From Polyangiaceae bacterium (GTDB lineage Bacteria > Myxococcota_A > Polyangia > Polyangiales > Polyangiaceae): a stretch of 64,000 nucleotides of DNA. The first letter of the stretch is position 1. Each line of letters begins with the position of its first letter. The DNA is taken from contig JAPSGB010000009.1 of the NCBI GenBank assembly GCA_035063585.1, positions 71,975 to 135,974 of the forward strand, given 5' to 3'. A program made the position numbers and the translations under genes. The notes beneath the pieces were generated by a model. It did no database searches, was not told the DNA's origin, and worked only from the letters and a program-made list of their open reading frames with translations. Of the stretch, positions 8,984 through 20,715 are shown piece by piece.

Positions 8984-10824
8984 CAGCCGGCCTTCGAGAG
9001 CTCCGCCATGGCGGCCGCCCCGGCGCCGACCGAGCTGGCCGCGTTCGCCGCTCGGCGGGCCCCGGCGCAGTCGCCGTTGAAGGCGCGCGTCCGCACCACC
9101 GCCGGCGCGCCGCTGCGGATCCGCGAGAGCGCAGAAGCCTGGGCCGACGCGCTCCCGCCCGTCGACTTACAGGTGTGATACATCGCGACCGCGCCTTCGG
9201 TGTTGGAGGAGGCCATGCCGCTCGCGGCCGCGCACGCGGCGTCGCCGGTCGGGCCGCTCGGCGCCGGCGGCTTGGGCTGCACGGTCGGGGTGGGGTTCGG
9301 CGGCGTGATGCGCGGCGGGAGCTTGATGGACGGCGCGGTGGTCGCGGGCGGCGGCGCGGTGGTCGCGGGCGGCGGCGCGGTGGTCGCGGGCGGCGGCGCG
9401 GTGGTCGCGGGCGGCGGCGCGGTCGTCGCGGGCGGCGGCGCGGTGGGCTTCGAAGCCGGCGGCCTCGGCTTCGCGGTGACCACCGGCAGAGGAGCGGTGC
9501 TCACCGGCGCCTCTGGCTCGAGCCGCTCGGGACTCTCCACGAGCGGCGCGACGCTGGTCTCCGGCGGCGGAGCGTCGCTCGCCAGCGCGAGCGGCTGAGG
9601 CTCGGCCGGAGGGCGGAGCGGCAGGAACGCGAAGGCGGCGATGAGCGCGCCCACCAGCAACAGCGCGCCGAGGGCGGCGAACCACCCTCGCCGGCTCGAG
9701 CGCGGCCGGCGCAGGATCGGCGCCGGCATCACCGGTGCGGCCATCGCGGACGCGGTGCGGACCGCCGGCGCGAACGCCACCGGCCCGGCCGCGGTCGCGC
9801 CGGAGCGGAGCGGCAGCGGCGCGTCCATCGGCGAGGTGGTGGGGGCGAGCGCACCTTGCGTGGCGCCCGCGACGTTCGGCAGCGCCTGGTCACCGGTGAG
9901 TTCACGATAGAACTCGAGCGCGGTAGAAGGGCGATCGTCACGGTTCTTGGCGAGCGCGCGCATCACGGCGAAAACCACGCTCGGCGGGAACTCGAGCCCG
10001 GGGAAGGTGCCGAGCGGCCGCGGCGGCTCGGTCATGTGCTTGTGCGCCCATTGCCACGGGGAGTCCGCCACGAACGGGAGCTGCCCGGTCAGCATCTCGT
10101 AGGCGATGACCGCGAGCGAGTAGAGGTCACTCCGCCCGTCGAGCGGCTCTCCGGCGAGCTGCTCGGGGCTCATGTACGGCGGCGTGCCGAGCACGGTGCC
10201 CTGCTGCGTGAGCTTGGTCTGGCGATCTCCAGCCGGCCCGGTTCGGGTCGCGATGCCGAAGTCGAGGAGCTTCACGAAGTCCGGATCGCCCGCCCGCTCG
10301 GTGAGGATGATGTTGTCCGGCTTGAGATCGCGGTGGACGATGCCGAGGCCGTGCGCCTCCTCGAGGGCGCCGCACACTTGCCGGAGGATGTCGAGCGCGC
10401 GAGGCACCGGCATCGGGCCTCGGCCGAGCACGTCGGTGAGCGCGACGCCATCGACGTACTCCATCGCGATGTAGAGCGCGCCGTCCGGCGTCTCGCCAAA
10501 ATCGTAGAAGCGGATGGTGTTCGGGTGCTCGAGCTGGGAGACGGTGCCGCACTCGCGATAAAACCGCGAGACGAGCGTGTGATCGTGCGAGAGCTCGGGT
10601 AGGAGCGTCTTGATCGCGACCTTGCGGAGGTGCGACCCCATCCGCTGGTCGGCCTCGTAGACCACTCCCATCCCGCCCTCGCCGATGACGCGACGGACCA
10701 AATAGCGACCGCCGAGCATCTGCCCGACCAGCCCGTGCGGTTCCGGCGCCGCGAGGAGCGCGCCGCACTTCGAGCAGAAGCGCGCCTCCTCGGGGTTCGT
10801 CTTGCCACAGGCCGGGCAGTCCAT
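8980..10824 (-). CDS. Ser/Thr protein kinase with N-terminal zinc ribbon, TM helix and Pro/Thr-rich linker
   Basis: CPACG...CSKCG; GEGGMGVV, VAIK, HRDLKPDN, DFG, GTPPYMSPE. Confidence 0.95.
   Translation of the reverse strand: MDCPACGKTNPEEARFCSKCGALLAAPEPHGLVGQMLGGRYLVRRVIGEGGMGVVYEADQRMGSHLRKVAIKTLLPELSHDHTLVSRFYRECGTVSQLEHPNTIRFYDFGETPDGALYIAMEYVDGVALTDVLGRGPMPVPRALDILRQVCGALEEAHGLGIVHRDLKPDNIILTERAGDPDFVKLLDFGIATRTGPAGDRQTKLTQQGTVLGTPPYMSPEQLAGEPLDGRSDLYSLAVIAYEMLTGQLPFVADSPWQWAHKHMTEPPRPLGTFPGLEFPPSVVFAVMRALAKNRDDRPSTALEFYRELTGDQALPNVAGATQGALAPTTSPMDAPLPLRSGATAAGPVAFAPAVRTASAMAAPVMPAPILRRPRSSRRGWFAALGALLLVGALIAAFAFLPLRPPAEPQPLALASDAPPPETSVAPLVESPERLEPEAPVSTAPLPVVTAKPRPPASKPTAPPPATTAPPPATTAPPPATTAPPPATTAPPPATTAPSIKLPPRITPPNPTPTVQPKPPAPSGPTGDAACAAASGMASSNTEGAVAMYHTCKSTGGSASAQASALSRIRSGAPAVVRTRAFNGDCAGARRAANAASSVGAGAAAMAELSKAGC
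9332..9445. repeat. 21-bp coding tandem repeat x5 (TTAPPPA)
   Basis: ggcgcggtggtcgcgggcggc x4 plus one variant copy, inside the kinase gene. Confidence 0.9.
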
Positions 10825-10958
10825 GAATCCTCAGACGATCGAGCCACACGCCGCGAAGGTCGCCAACCTTCCCGTACTGACGGATGCCGCCGACCGGCGA
10901 TCTGTTGGGCGTGAGCTCGAAATGGGTCAACCTCGGACCGGGGAGCGCCCCCGTCCGA

Positions 10959-11450
10959 CTACTTCTTGTCGTCCTTCTTGACGGTGAGGTCGACCGGCCA
11001 GGTCAGGGTCTTCTCCTCGCCGACGTAGGTCGGGACGATGACCGCGCCATAGGCGTTGAGCACGCACTTTCCGAGCTCGGTCCCATCGAACGGCGCGTCG
11101 ATGGTGGCCGACTTCACGTGGCCGTCGTTCTTGAAGGTGATGGTGACGGTCGCCTGCCCCTCGGGGCCTGCCTGGGTCACCACCCCGACGCAGCTCACCG
11201 CGGAGCGCGTCGCGCGCTGCAGCTCGAGCTTGGCCTGCTTGTCATCGAACTGCGCCTTCTTCTCGAGGTCCGTCTCGCCCTCGACGTCACCGGACGAGTC
11301 GTCCCCCGGTTGGCGCGAGGCCGACTCGTCGGCGAGTTCTTCCTGCTCTGCGACAAGCTCGTCGGGCGACTTGATGTGACCGCCGCCGTACGACGGCCCG
11401 CACGCCGAGAGCGTCACTCCGATCAGACATCCCATCCACGCGGCTCGCAT
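10959..11450 (-). CDS. Lipoprotein with TonB-C/AgmX-like C-terminal domain
   Basis: Lipobox LSAC; VTITFKNDGHVKSA...GTELGKCV pattern. Confidence 0.6.
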   Translation of the reverse strand: MRAAWMGCLIGVTLSACGPSYGGGHIKSPDELVAEQEELADESASRQPGDDSSGDVEGETDLEKKAQFDDKQAKLELQRATRSAVSCVGVVTQAGPEGQATVTITFKNDGHVKSATIDAPFDGTELGKCVLNAYGAVIVPTYVGEEKTLTWPVDLTVKKDDKK

Positions 11451-11554
11451 GGCTCGGATCCTACTCGACCGGGCCCGGCCGTCAAAACTCGCGCCGCCGA
11501 ACCGCGAGATTCCGCGCCGGGCCGGCACCCCCCCGGCTCCGGAGCTCAGGCGAG

Positions 11555-12919
<1,365 letters not shown>

Positions 12920-13124
12920 TGTGCAAAAAATGCTAGCCTGCGAGTCCCTGGCCCGCAATCTATTGCGTCTCCGGGCGTAGAAATCGTACTTCAGCGAATC
13001 TAATAGGGAATGTCGGCTCGACGCGGCCGGCGTCGCGGGCGGGCCGGCGCCGGTCCGCGACGACGGCTCGCGGGAAGCGCCACGCTCATTTCCGCCCGCT
13101 CACCGCCGCTGATAGGAACCCCCC

Positions 13125-14339
13125 ATGCTCTCCGGCATCGACCAACTCCACGGCTCGTCCCTCTCGAATCTCCGGCGGCGGCTGCGCGACGCGCGCGTCG
13201 GCGTGCTCACCCACGCCGCGACGCTCGATCGGCGCGGGCGCGGCACGCTCGCGGTGCTCGAGGAGCTCGGCGCGGGCCCGTCGGTGATCTTCTCGCCCGA
13301 GCACGGGCTCGCCGGGGCCGCGCAGGCGTTCGAGGCGGTCGCGGGCTCGGGCGAGGCGACCTCCGGCCCCGCCGTCGTGAGCCTCTACGGCGCCGAGCGC
13401 GCGTCGCTCACGCCGTCTGCCGAGCATCTCGCGCAGCTCGATCTCCTCGTGATCGATCTCGCCGACGTCGGCAGCCGCTACTACACCTACGTCTGGTCCG
13501 CGCTGCTCGCGCTCCGGGCCGCGGCCGCCGCGGGCGTCCACACTGTCGTGCTCGATCGGCCGAACCCGATCTCGGGGGATCCCGAGACGCTCGAGGGCGC
13601 GCCGCAAGCGGACGGGTTCCTCTCCTTCGTCGGGCTCGAGCCGCTCCCCATCCGCCACGCGCACACCCTCGGCGAGCTCCTCGCGCGCTTCGCCGAGAGC
13701 GGCGGGCTCGCGCTCGGCGCAGAAGGCGCGCTGTCAGTGGTGCCCACGCGCGGGTGGGAGCGCCACCGCACCGCGGAGGCGTGGAGCCGGCCGTTCATCC
13801 CGCCGTCGCCCAACATGCCGACCCTCGAGACCGCGCTCGTCTACCCGGGCGCTTGCCTGCTCGAGGGCACGAGCCTCTCCGAGGGTCGCGGCACGACGAC
13901 GCCGTTTCAAATGGTCGGCGCGCCGCACCTCGACGGCGCGGCGCTCGCCGCGCGCCTCACCGAGTCCGGGGTGGTCGGCGCGCTGGTGAGGCCGGTGAGC
14001 TTCATCCCTACCTTCGACAAGTTCGCCGGCCAGCTCTGCCACGGCGTCATGCTCCACGTGACGAGCGCGGCGCTCTTCCGGCCCGTCGCCGCCTACCTTC
14101 GCCTGATCGCGTTCGCGCGCGAGCAGGCGCCCGAGCGCTTCGCGTTCCGCACCGAGCCGTACGAGTTCGAGACCGAAATCCCAGCCTTCGACCTCCTCAC
14201 CGGCTCGGGCGCGGCGCGCCAGGCGCTCGAAGGCGGCCGGAGCGCGGACGAGCTCGTCGAGCTGGTCGCGCCGGTCGATCCGTCGTGGAAGGACGCCGTG
14301 CGCGAGGCCGAGGCGCGCCTCGAGCGGGCGCAGGCCTGA
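13125..14339 (+). CDS. namZ: Exo-beta-N-acetylmuramidase NamZ family (DUF1343)
   Basis: FSPEHG, SLYG, DVGSRYYTY, LDRPNP, PSPNMP, SEGRGTTTPF. Confidence 0.9.
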   Translation: MLSGIDQLHGSSLSNLRRRLRDARVGVLTHAATLDRRGRGTLAVLEELGAGPSVIFSPEHGLAGAAQAFEAVAGSGEATSGPAVVSLYGAERASLTPSAEHLAQLDLLVIDLADVGSRYYTYVWSALLALRAAAAAGVHTVVLDRPNPISGDPETLEGAPQADGFLSFVGLEPLPIRHAHTLGELLARFAESGGLALGAEGALSVVPTRGWERHRTAEAWSRPFIPPSPNMPTLETALVYPGACLLEGTSLSEGRGTTTPFQMVGAPHLDGAALAARLTESGVVGALVRPVSFIPTFDKFAGQLCHGVMLHVTSAALFRPVAAYLRLIAFAREQAPERFAFRTEPYEFETEIPAFDLLTGSGAARQALEGGRSADELVELVAPVDPSWKDAVREAEARLERAQA

Positions 14340-14360
14340 GCCTCCCTCGGAGCGCGAAGC

Positions 14361-15584
14361 TCAGCGCTCGGCGCGGATCGACGCCCCCGGCGACACGCCA
14401 CGGACCTCGACGTAGCGCTCGTCGGCGGCGCCGAGCTCGACGGGAGCGTCGCGGAAGAGCAGCCCGCCTGCGACGCTGACCGTCGCTCGTCCGTCGTGCA
14501 CGCGGATCGCGCTCCGCGGCACCCGCGCGCTCACGCGCTCCGACGGAAGCACAATTCGCACCTCCACGCGCTGCCCGATGGGCAGCCCACCCTCCACGCT
14601 CGGACCCCATTTCGGCTCGATCCACGCGCTCCGCACCCAGCCCTCGCCGCGCTCGCGCGCGTCGGCTGCGCCGATGGTGCGCCGCTGGAGCTGCGCGCCG
14701 ACCCGAGTGAGCTTGCCGGTGCCGAGCGCGCCGCGCCCGCCCGGCCAGGTGATGGTCACCGGCAGCCCGGCGCGGATCCGCATCGCGTCGATCTCCTCGA
14801 CCTCGGCATGGAGCTCGGTGCGCGAAGGATCGGCGATCTCGAAGGCGATGGTGCCGCCCATGCGCGCGTTGGCGATGACGTCGCCCTCGTCGATGCGCCG
14901 CTCGAGCACCACGCCGTCCATCGGCGACTCGAGCCGCGTCCAGTCGAGCTCGTGGCGCGCGGCGTCGATGGTCGCCTGAGCCGCGTCCGCCCGCGCCTTG
15001 GCGGCGCTGATGTCCACGGCGCGCGCGCCGCGCCCCGCGAGCCGCCGGCGCGCGCGCGCCGCGTCCACCCGCGCGCGCGCGATCTCCTCGGAGCGCCGCG
15101 AGCCGTCGAGGATTTCCTGGGTCACGGCGCCCGAGCCGAGCAGCTTCTCGTCACGAGCACGGCGATCGGTGGCCGCCGCGAGCTCGTGCTCGGCCGCGCG
15201 GACCTCGGCGTCGAGCGCGGCGCGCTCCTCGGGGCGCGCGCCGGCCGCGAGCGCACGCTCGGTCATCACCAGCGAGCGGTGCTCCGCCTCCCGCCGGGCG
15301 AGCTCATCGCTCGCGGTGTCCGCCACGAGCTCGGCGAGGAGCTCGCCCTTCTTGACGAGATCACCCTCGCGGACCAGCACGCGGCTCACCTTCCCGTCGA
15401 TGCGCGCGACCACGTGCGCGATCCCGTCGATCGGCACCACCACGGCGCGAGCCACCACGCGCTGCTCGACCTCGCCGGACTCGACCGTCACGGTCTGCGC
15501 GGCCACTCGCTGAATGACCACCGCGCCGAGCGACACGCCGGCGATCGCGCCGGCGACCAGCGTCACCTTCAGCCACGTCTTCAT
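14361..15584 (-). CDS. HlyD-family membrane fusion protein
   Basis: N-terminal TM, lipoyl half-motifs (VREGDLVKKGELL, SPMDGVV), coiled coil; in operon with ABC genes. Confidence 0.85.
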   Translation of the reverse strand: MKTWLKVTLVAGAIAGVSLGAVVIQRVAAQTVTVESGEVEQRVVARAVVVPIDGIAHVVARIDGKVSRVLVREGDLVKKGELLAELVADTASDELARREAEHRSLVMTERALAAGARPEERAALDAEVRAAEHELAAATDRRARDEKLLGSGAVTQEILDGSRRSEEIARARVDAARARRRLAGRGARAVDISAAKARADAAQATIDAARHELDWTRLESPMDGVVLERRIDEGDVIANARMGGTIAFEIADPSRTELHAEVEEIDAMRIRAGLPVTITWPGGRGALGTGKLTRVGAQLQRRTIGAADARERGEGWVRSAWIEPKWGPSVEGGLPIGQRVEVRIVLPSERVSARVPRSAIRVHDGRATVSVAGGLLFRDAPVELGAADERYVEVRGVSPGASIRAER

Positions 15585-16264
15585 GCCGCAATCTCCGTCT
15601 GGATGCGCCCGTCCTCGATGTGGATGACGCGGTCGGCGTACTGCTCGAGCCGGCGGTCGTGCGTGACGATGAGGATGCCGCGCTCCTGGGCGACCTGCTC
15701 ACGCAAGAGTTCCATCACGCTCATCGCGGTGCTGGTGTCGAGCGCCGCGGTGACCTCGTCGCCGAGCACGAGCGAGGGCTCACCGGCGAGGGCGCGCGCG
15801 ATGGCGACCCGCTGCTTCTGCCCGCCGGAGAGCTCGGACGGGCGGTGGTGCATGCGGTCGCCGAGCCCGACCCGCTCGAGCGCCCGACTCGCGCGGTCCC
15901 GCGCCGCGCCGATCGGCTCCCCCTTCAACCTCAAGACCTCGGCCACGTTGTCGAGCGCGGTGAGCGCAGGGAAGAGATTATAGGTCTGAAAGATGAAGCC
16001 GAGGTGGTCGCGACGCACGCGGGTGACCTCGCGCTCGGCGAGCCCGGAGATGCGCTTTCCGCAGAGCTCGACCTCTCCCGTGGTGGCGCGGAGGAGGCCG
16101 GCGAGGATACTGATGAGCGTGGTCTTGCCGGAGCCCGAGGGCCCCATCAAGAGGACGAGCTCACCCGCGCGCATCTCCATCGTGATCCCGTGAAGCACCG
16201 GGGTCGCGAGCGCGCCCTTGCCGTACACCTTGGTGACGTTCTCGGTGCGGACCAGGATGCTCAC
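15581..16264 (-). CDS. ABC transporter ATP-binding subunit (LolD/DevA-like)
   Basis: GPSGSGKT, LSGGQKQR, VTHD; GTG start overlaps the permease stop. Confidence 0.93.
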   Translation of the reverse strand: MSILVRTENVTKVYGKGALATPVLHGITMEMRAGELVLLMGPSGSGKTTLISILAGLLRATTGEVELCGKRISGLAEREVTRVRRDHLGFIFQTYNLFPALTALDNVAEVLRLKGEPIGAARDRASRALERVGLGDRMHHRPSELSGGQKQRVAIARALAGEPSLVLGDEVTAALDTSTAMSVMELLREQVAQERGILIVTHDRRLEQYADRVIHIEDGRIQTEIAA

Positions 16265-17385
16265 TGGAACACCTCTGCGGCCTCGAGCTCGAGCACGGCA
16301 CGGATGCTGCCCAGGCTGGCGACCGCGCACATCGTGAGGACGGCGCCGCACCCCACGGTGAGCACCAGCCGGTCGAGCACGATGAAGAGGCCGTGCCGAG
16401 CGGCGAGCGCCTGCACGGAGAAGGCCATCACGACGCCGAGCCCGCCGCCCACGACCGCGAGGAACGCCGCCTGCCACGCGACGAAGCGCACGATCTCGTT
16501 CGGGTGCGCGCCGATCGCCTTCAGCGTGGCAAGCTCGCGGAGGTGCTCCTTGGTCACGGCGTAGAGAGTCTGCCCGACGATGACCACGCCGACCACCAAC
16601 CCGAGGATGGCGCTGAAGCCGAGCGCGGTCCCCGCGCCGGAGCCGCTCACCCAATAGTGCTCGGTCATCTTGCGAAACTCGTCGGTCGTGTACGCATCGA
16701 GATCCGGGTGACGAGCCACGCTCTCGATCACATCCGTCGCGCACGACGGCCGCTCCAGATCGACCACCCAGTAGGTCGCTTGGCCGTCGCTCATGTTCGC
16801 GACCCGCCGCGCCGTCTCGTTCTCGGCGAAGAGATAGGGTGAGAGTGTGAACGAGCGGATCCCCTCGGTGACCGCCGCGACATACACCTGCTCGGATCCT
16901 ACTCGGAGCGAGGTACCGATCGCCTCGCCGTCGATGGCGAGCTTCGCGAAGTCGAGGTCATCGACCGAGACGCGCGCGGGCCCGTGCAGGTCTTGCGGCA
17001 ACCCGCGGCGCAGATTCCACGGCATGGCCGGGCCGAGCCCCGGGTCGTAGCCGATGATCTGCACCGCATCGAGGCTGCCGTCCGGTTTTCGGAGCGGCAT
17101 GAACGCGATGATGACCGCGCGCACCGTCTTCACGCAGGGGTGCGCCGCGAGCAGATCGCGAGTGCCCGCGCTCATACGCTCGCCGTTGTCGAGCACGCGA
17201 GTGCCCTTGGCCATCACCCACACGTCGCCGCCGGCATGGCGAATGAGCGACGACGACGTCTCGAGGAACCCGAAGTAGAGCCCGATCTGCGCGAGCGCGA
17301 GGGTCGCCGCGAAGGCCACCCCAGCGAGCGACGCGACGAGCTTGCCGCGATCGTAGGCGAGGGTCAGGAGCGCGATTCGGAACAC
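16261..17385 (-). CDS. ABC transporter permease (FtsX/MacB-like, DevC type)
   Basis: N-terminal TM, periplasmic domain, RELATLKAIGA motif, three C-terminal TMs. Confidence 0.9.
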   Translation of the reverse strand: MFRIALLTLAYDRGKLVASLAGVAFAATLALAQIGLYFGFLETSSSLIRHAGGDVWVMAKGTRVLDNGERMSAGTRDLLAAHPCVKTVRAVIIAFMPLRKPDGSLDAVQIIGYDPGLGPAMPWNLRRGLPQDLHGPARVSVDDLDFAKLAIDGEAIGTSLRVGSEQVYVAAVTEGIRSFTLSPYLFAENETARRVANMSDGQATYWVVDLERPSCATDVIESVARHPDLDAYTTDEFRKMTEHYWVSGSGAGTALGFSAILGLVVGVVIVGQTLYAVTKEHLRELATLKAIGAHPNEIVRFVAWQAAFLAVVGGGLGVVMAFSVQALAARHGLFIVLDRLVLTVGCGAVLTMCAVASLGSIRAVLELEAAEVFQ

Positions 17386-17504
17386 GAGGGCGCGGGAGGA
17401 TACGATGGACCGTCCGGACGCGCCCGCCCCGGGACGCGGCGCGCCACCGCCCGCATGACGGATTTCAGCCGCCGGGGTCTGCGTCTACGCGAAGCACGCT
17501 CGCC

Positions 17505-18515
17505 TCACGGCGTGCACACGCCGAGCCAAGCCGGGGTGCCCACGGCCGTGCAGGTCTGCCCCGAAGGACAGCCGCCCAGCCCGGGCGCGCCGCCCACGGT
17601 GCCGGCGGAGGGCGCGCCCGCGTCGCTCAGCTTGCAGAGCCAGCGGCACGCCGCGCCGGCGGAGTCCCCCCAGCAGAACTGCGAATCCATGCAGTCATTC
17701 AGGAATTTGCACGGCTTCCCCTCGGTCGTGCCGCCATCGGCGTCGTAGTTCGGGAAGCTGCAGGCGAACTCGCGTCCGTCATAGTGGCAGTCCGTCTCGG
17801 GGCCGGACGCGGGGCAGCCGTGCTCCCAGGGCGTGCACGCGACGGGAAAGGTGCACACCGTCATCGAGGCTGCGCCGTCGTCATAGCTCACCGTCATGTT
17901 GCAACGCCCCTGGGCCCCGCAGAGTGTCGACTCGTCTGCGCCGCAGCACGGCCGCGAGCACTTGGCGAGCACGCAGCGGAGCCCCGGCGCGCACTCGCCA
18001 TGGCTCCCGCACGAATCGCCGAGCGCCTTGCCGCCTCGACCGAGCGTCTGGCACTCGGTGCGCCACCCGCCGCCGTCGCCGCTCGCGATCCCGCAGGTGA
18101 GCCCGCTCGGGCAGTCCTGCGCCGCGAGGCTGCACTCGCCGGTCGTCACGTTCGAGACCTCCGACGGCGCACAACTCCTCGGGCCGTCGGCGGAGGCGTC
18201 GGACGAGCCGCCGCCCGTCCCGCCGCTCGACGGCGCCCCGCCTGCATCACCCGAGCCCGCGCCGCCACTCCCGCTCCCCGAGCCGCCGCTGCTCGAGCCC
18301 GCATCGCCGCAGCCCTGGCACGCGCCGTAGCTTGCGCCATTGTCGCTGCACACTTGAAATCCTTCGACACCGCCCCCGCACGCGCACGCCTTCTGTTCGC
18401 CGGGTGTGCAGGCCGGAGCGCCGGAGTCCGACGAGCCGCCATTCGAGCAGCCGAGCGGCAGCGCCCACGCGAAGATCCCGAAGGCGAGAGCACCGAGCGC
18501 GCGCCGCGTCGTCAT
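17505..18515 (-). CDS. Cys-rich lipoprotein of unknown function
   Basis: Lipobox PLGC, CTPGEQKACAC motif, Gly/Ser linker, many Cys. Confidence 0.7.
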   Translation of the reverse strand: MTTRRALGALAFGIFAWALPLGCSNGGSSDSGAPACTPGEQKACACGGGVEGFQVCSDNGASYGACQGCGDAGSSSGGSGSGSGGAGSGDAGGAPSSGGTGGGSSDASADGPRSCAPSEVSNVTTGECSLAAQDCPSGLTCGIASGDGGGWRTECQTLGRGGKALGDSCGSHGECAPGLRCVLAKCSRPCCGADESTLCGAQGRCNMTVSYDDGAASMTVCTFPVACTPWEHGCPASGPETDCHYDGREFACSFPNYDADGGTTEGKPCKFLNDCMDSQFCWGDSAGAACRWLCKLSDAGAPSAGTVGGAPGLGGCPSGQTCTAVGTPAWLGVCTP

Positions 18516-18587
18516 GGCGCCATGATACCGTCATGCGCCCGCGCCGGAGAGTAGATATCGACCCGGCGCCACGCTCTGCGAGGATGC

Positions 18588-19229
18588 ATGGAAAATCGCG
18601 ACCACTGGGACGACCTCTACGCCTCGAAGGGCGCTACCCAGCCGAGCTTTTTTGCGCCGCACCTCACGCGCTCGCTCGACTTCCTCGAGCGAGCCGGGCT
18701 CCACGCTGACGCGAGCGTCATCGATGTCGGCGGCGGGGCCTCGACGCTCGTGGACGATCTCCTCGCGCGCGGTGTCCATCGTGTCACGGTCGCCGATCTC
18801 TCCGAGCGTGCGCTCGACCTCAGCCGCGCGCGGCTCGGAGCGCGCGCCGAGCACGTGACCTGGCTCGCGGGCGACGTCACCGCGCTCGAGCTCCCGCCGG
18901 CGAGCTTCGACTTCTGGCACGATCGCGCGACATTTCACTTTCTCGTGAGCCCGGCGAGCCGCGCGGCCTATTGCGCCCGGCTCGCCGCCGCAGTGAAGCC
19001 GGGCGGCGGCGTGGTCGTCGCCAGCTTCGCGCCGGACGGCCCCGAGCGGTGCTGCGGGCTCCCCGTGCGTCGCTACTCCGCCGATGCGCTCGCCGCCGAG
19101 CTGCGCGCCGATTTCACGCTCGAGGGCGCGGCGCGCGAGGCGCACCGCACCCCCACCGGCGCGACGCAGCCGTTCCTCTACGCCTGGTTTCGCCGGCGTG
19201 GCACGAGCGCCCCGCGCGGCTCGTCGTAG
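18588..19229 (+). CDS. Class I SAM-dependent methyltransferase
   Basis: HWDDLY, IDVGGGAS, WHDRATFHFL, GPERCCGL. Confidence 0.88.
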   Translation: MENRDHWDDLYASKGATQPSFFAPHLTRSLDFLERAGLHADASVIDVGGGASTLVDDLLARGVHRVTVADLSERALDLSRARLGARAEHVTWLAGDVTALELPPASFDFWHDRATFHFLVSPASRAAYCARLAAAVKPGGGVVVASFAPDGPERCCGLPVRRYSADALAAELRADFTLEGAAREAHRTPTGATQPFLYAWFRRRGTSAPRGSS

Positions 19230-19320
19230 TCTTGAAGGGGCTGGGGTCGGTCCGTCGCGGCCGGCGCCGCGCCGCGGCTTTTTGCGCTCGCCGCCCCGCG
19301 CGCTAGAAGGCGGCTCGACC

Positions 19321-19986
19321 ATGCTGCTCCCGCGCCGCCCCAGCCACGTGATCTTCGACCTCGACGGAGTGCTCCTCGACACCGAGCCGCTCTACACGCG
19401 CTCGACGCAGCAGGTGCTCGACGAGTTCGGCAAGCGGTTCGACTGGTCGGTGAAGGCCGACATGATCGGGCGGAGCTCGCTCGAGGGCGCGCGCCACCTC
19501 GTGCGCGCGCTCGCGCTCCCGCTCTCGCCGGAGGAGTACCTCGCCCGCCGAAAACCCATCCTCGACGCGATGCTCCCGTCTGCCGTCGAGATCCCGGGCG
19601 CCAGCGCGTTCGTGGCGAGGCTCGGCGAGCACGGTGTGCCGATGGTGGTCGCCACCAGCGGCGAGCGGGCGCTCACCGAGCTGAAGGTCGGCTCGCACGG
19701 GTGGTTCGCGCGCTTTCAGCGCATCATCTCGGGGGACGATCCGCGCGTTCACGCGCTCAAGCCTTCGCCAGACATCTTCCTGGTCGCGGCAGAAGAGCTC
19801 GGCGCCGCGCCGCGCGACTGCCTCGTGTTCGAGGACTCGCTCGCGGGCGTCGCGGCCGCGCGGGCCGCCGGCATGCAGGTCGTGGCGCTCCCGGATCCGG
19901 AGATGGACGCCGCGCGCTACCACGACGCCGATCTGGTGGCGCCCCGCGGCTACGCCGAGCTCACCCTCGAGGCGCTCGGGCTCTAG
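19321..19986 (+). CDS. HAD-family phosphatase
   Basis: FDLDGVLLDTE, ATS, KPSPDIF, FEDS. Confidence 0.9.
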   Translation: MLLPRRPSHVIFDLDGVLLDTEPLYTRSTQQVLDEFGKRFDWSVKADMIGRSSLEGARHLVRALALPLSPEEYLARRKPILDAMLPSAVEIPGASAFVARLGEHGVPMVVATSGERALTELKVGSHGWFARFQRIISGDDPRVHALKPSPDIFLVAAEELGAAPRDCLVFEDSLAGVAAARAAGMQVVALPDPEMDAARYHDADLVAPRGYAELTLEALGL

Positions 19987-20615
19987 GGCGCGCGCGCGTC
20001 GAGCGCGGCGAGCTCTTCGAGCGAGGTCGTGGTCACGTCGAGATCGCGCAGGAGCCCGTCCTTCAGCGCGTAGACCCAGCCGTGCACCGCGACCGGCTGC
20101 CCGCGTTGCCACGCGGCCTGCACGATGGTGGTGTGGCAGGCGTTCCTCACCTGCGCCATGACGTTGAGCTCGCCGAGCCGGTTCACGCGCGCCTCCTCCG
20201 TCGGGAGCGCCATGAGCGCCGCCTCGTGGCGGAGCCAGAGCTTTCGGATCGGGCGGATCCAGTTGTCGACCAGGCCGGTGCGCGGGGGGTTCATCGCGGC
20301 GCCAGCGCCGCCGCAACCGTCGTGACCGCACACGATGATGTGCCGCACGCCGAGCACGTCTACCGCGTACTGTATCACCGTGAGACAGTTCATGTCGGCG
20401 TGAACCACCAGGTTCGCGACGTTACGATGAACGAAGAGCTCACCGGCGAGGAGCCCGACCACCTGATTGGCGGGCACGCGGCTGTCCGCGCAGCCAATCC
20501 AGAGGTACTCCGGCTTCTGAATCCGGCTGAGCTCCGTGAACGAGCCCGGATGCTTTCGTTCCTCTTCCGCCGCCCAGTGACGGTTCCCCTCGAAGAGCTT
20601 CGGCAAGATCCTCAT
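19983..20615 (-). CDS. can: Beta-class carbonic anhydrase
   Basis: WIGCADSRVP, HRNVAN, CGHDGCGG, VHGWVY. Confidence 0.93.
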   Translation of the reverse strand: MRILPKLFEGNRHWAAEEERKHPGSFTELSRIQKPEYLWIGCADSRVPANQVVGLLAGELFVHRNVANLVVHADMNCLTVIQYAVDVLGVRHIIVCGHDGCGGAGAAMNPPRTGLVDNWIRPIRKLWLRHEAALMALPTEEARVNRLGELNVMAQVRNACHTTIVQAAWQRGQPVAVHGWVYALKDGLLRDLDVTTTSLEELAALDARAP

Positions 20616-20715
20616 GGCCGCCTTCTCGCCCATGAGCGCGCGCGACGCCAGACGAAATCGGAGGGCGGAGGGGGGCGCTTGCGTTCGCGGGGCGTTCCGT
20701 CTTAGGGCACGAGGC

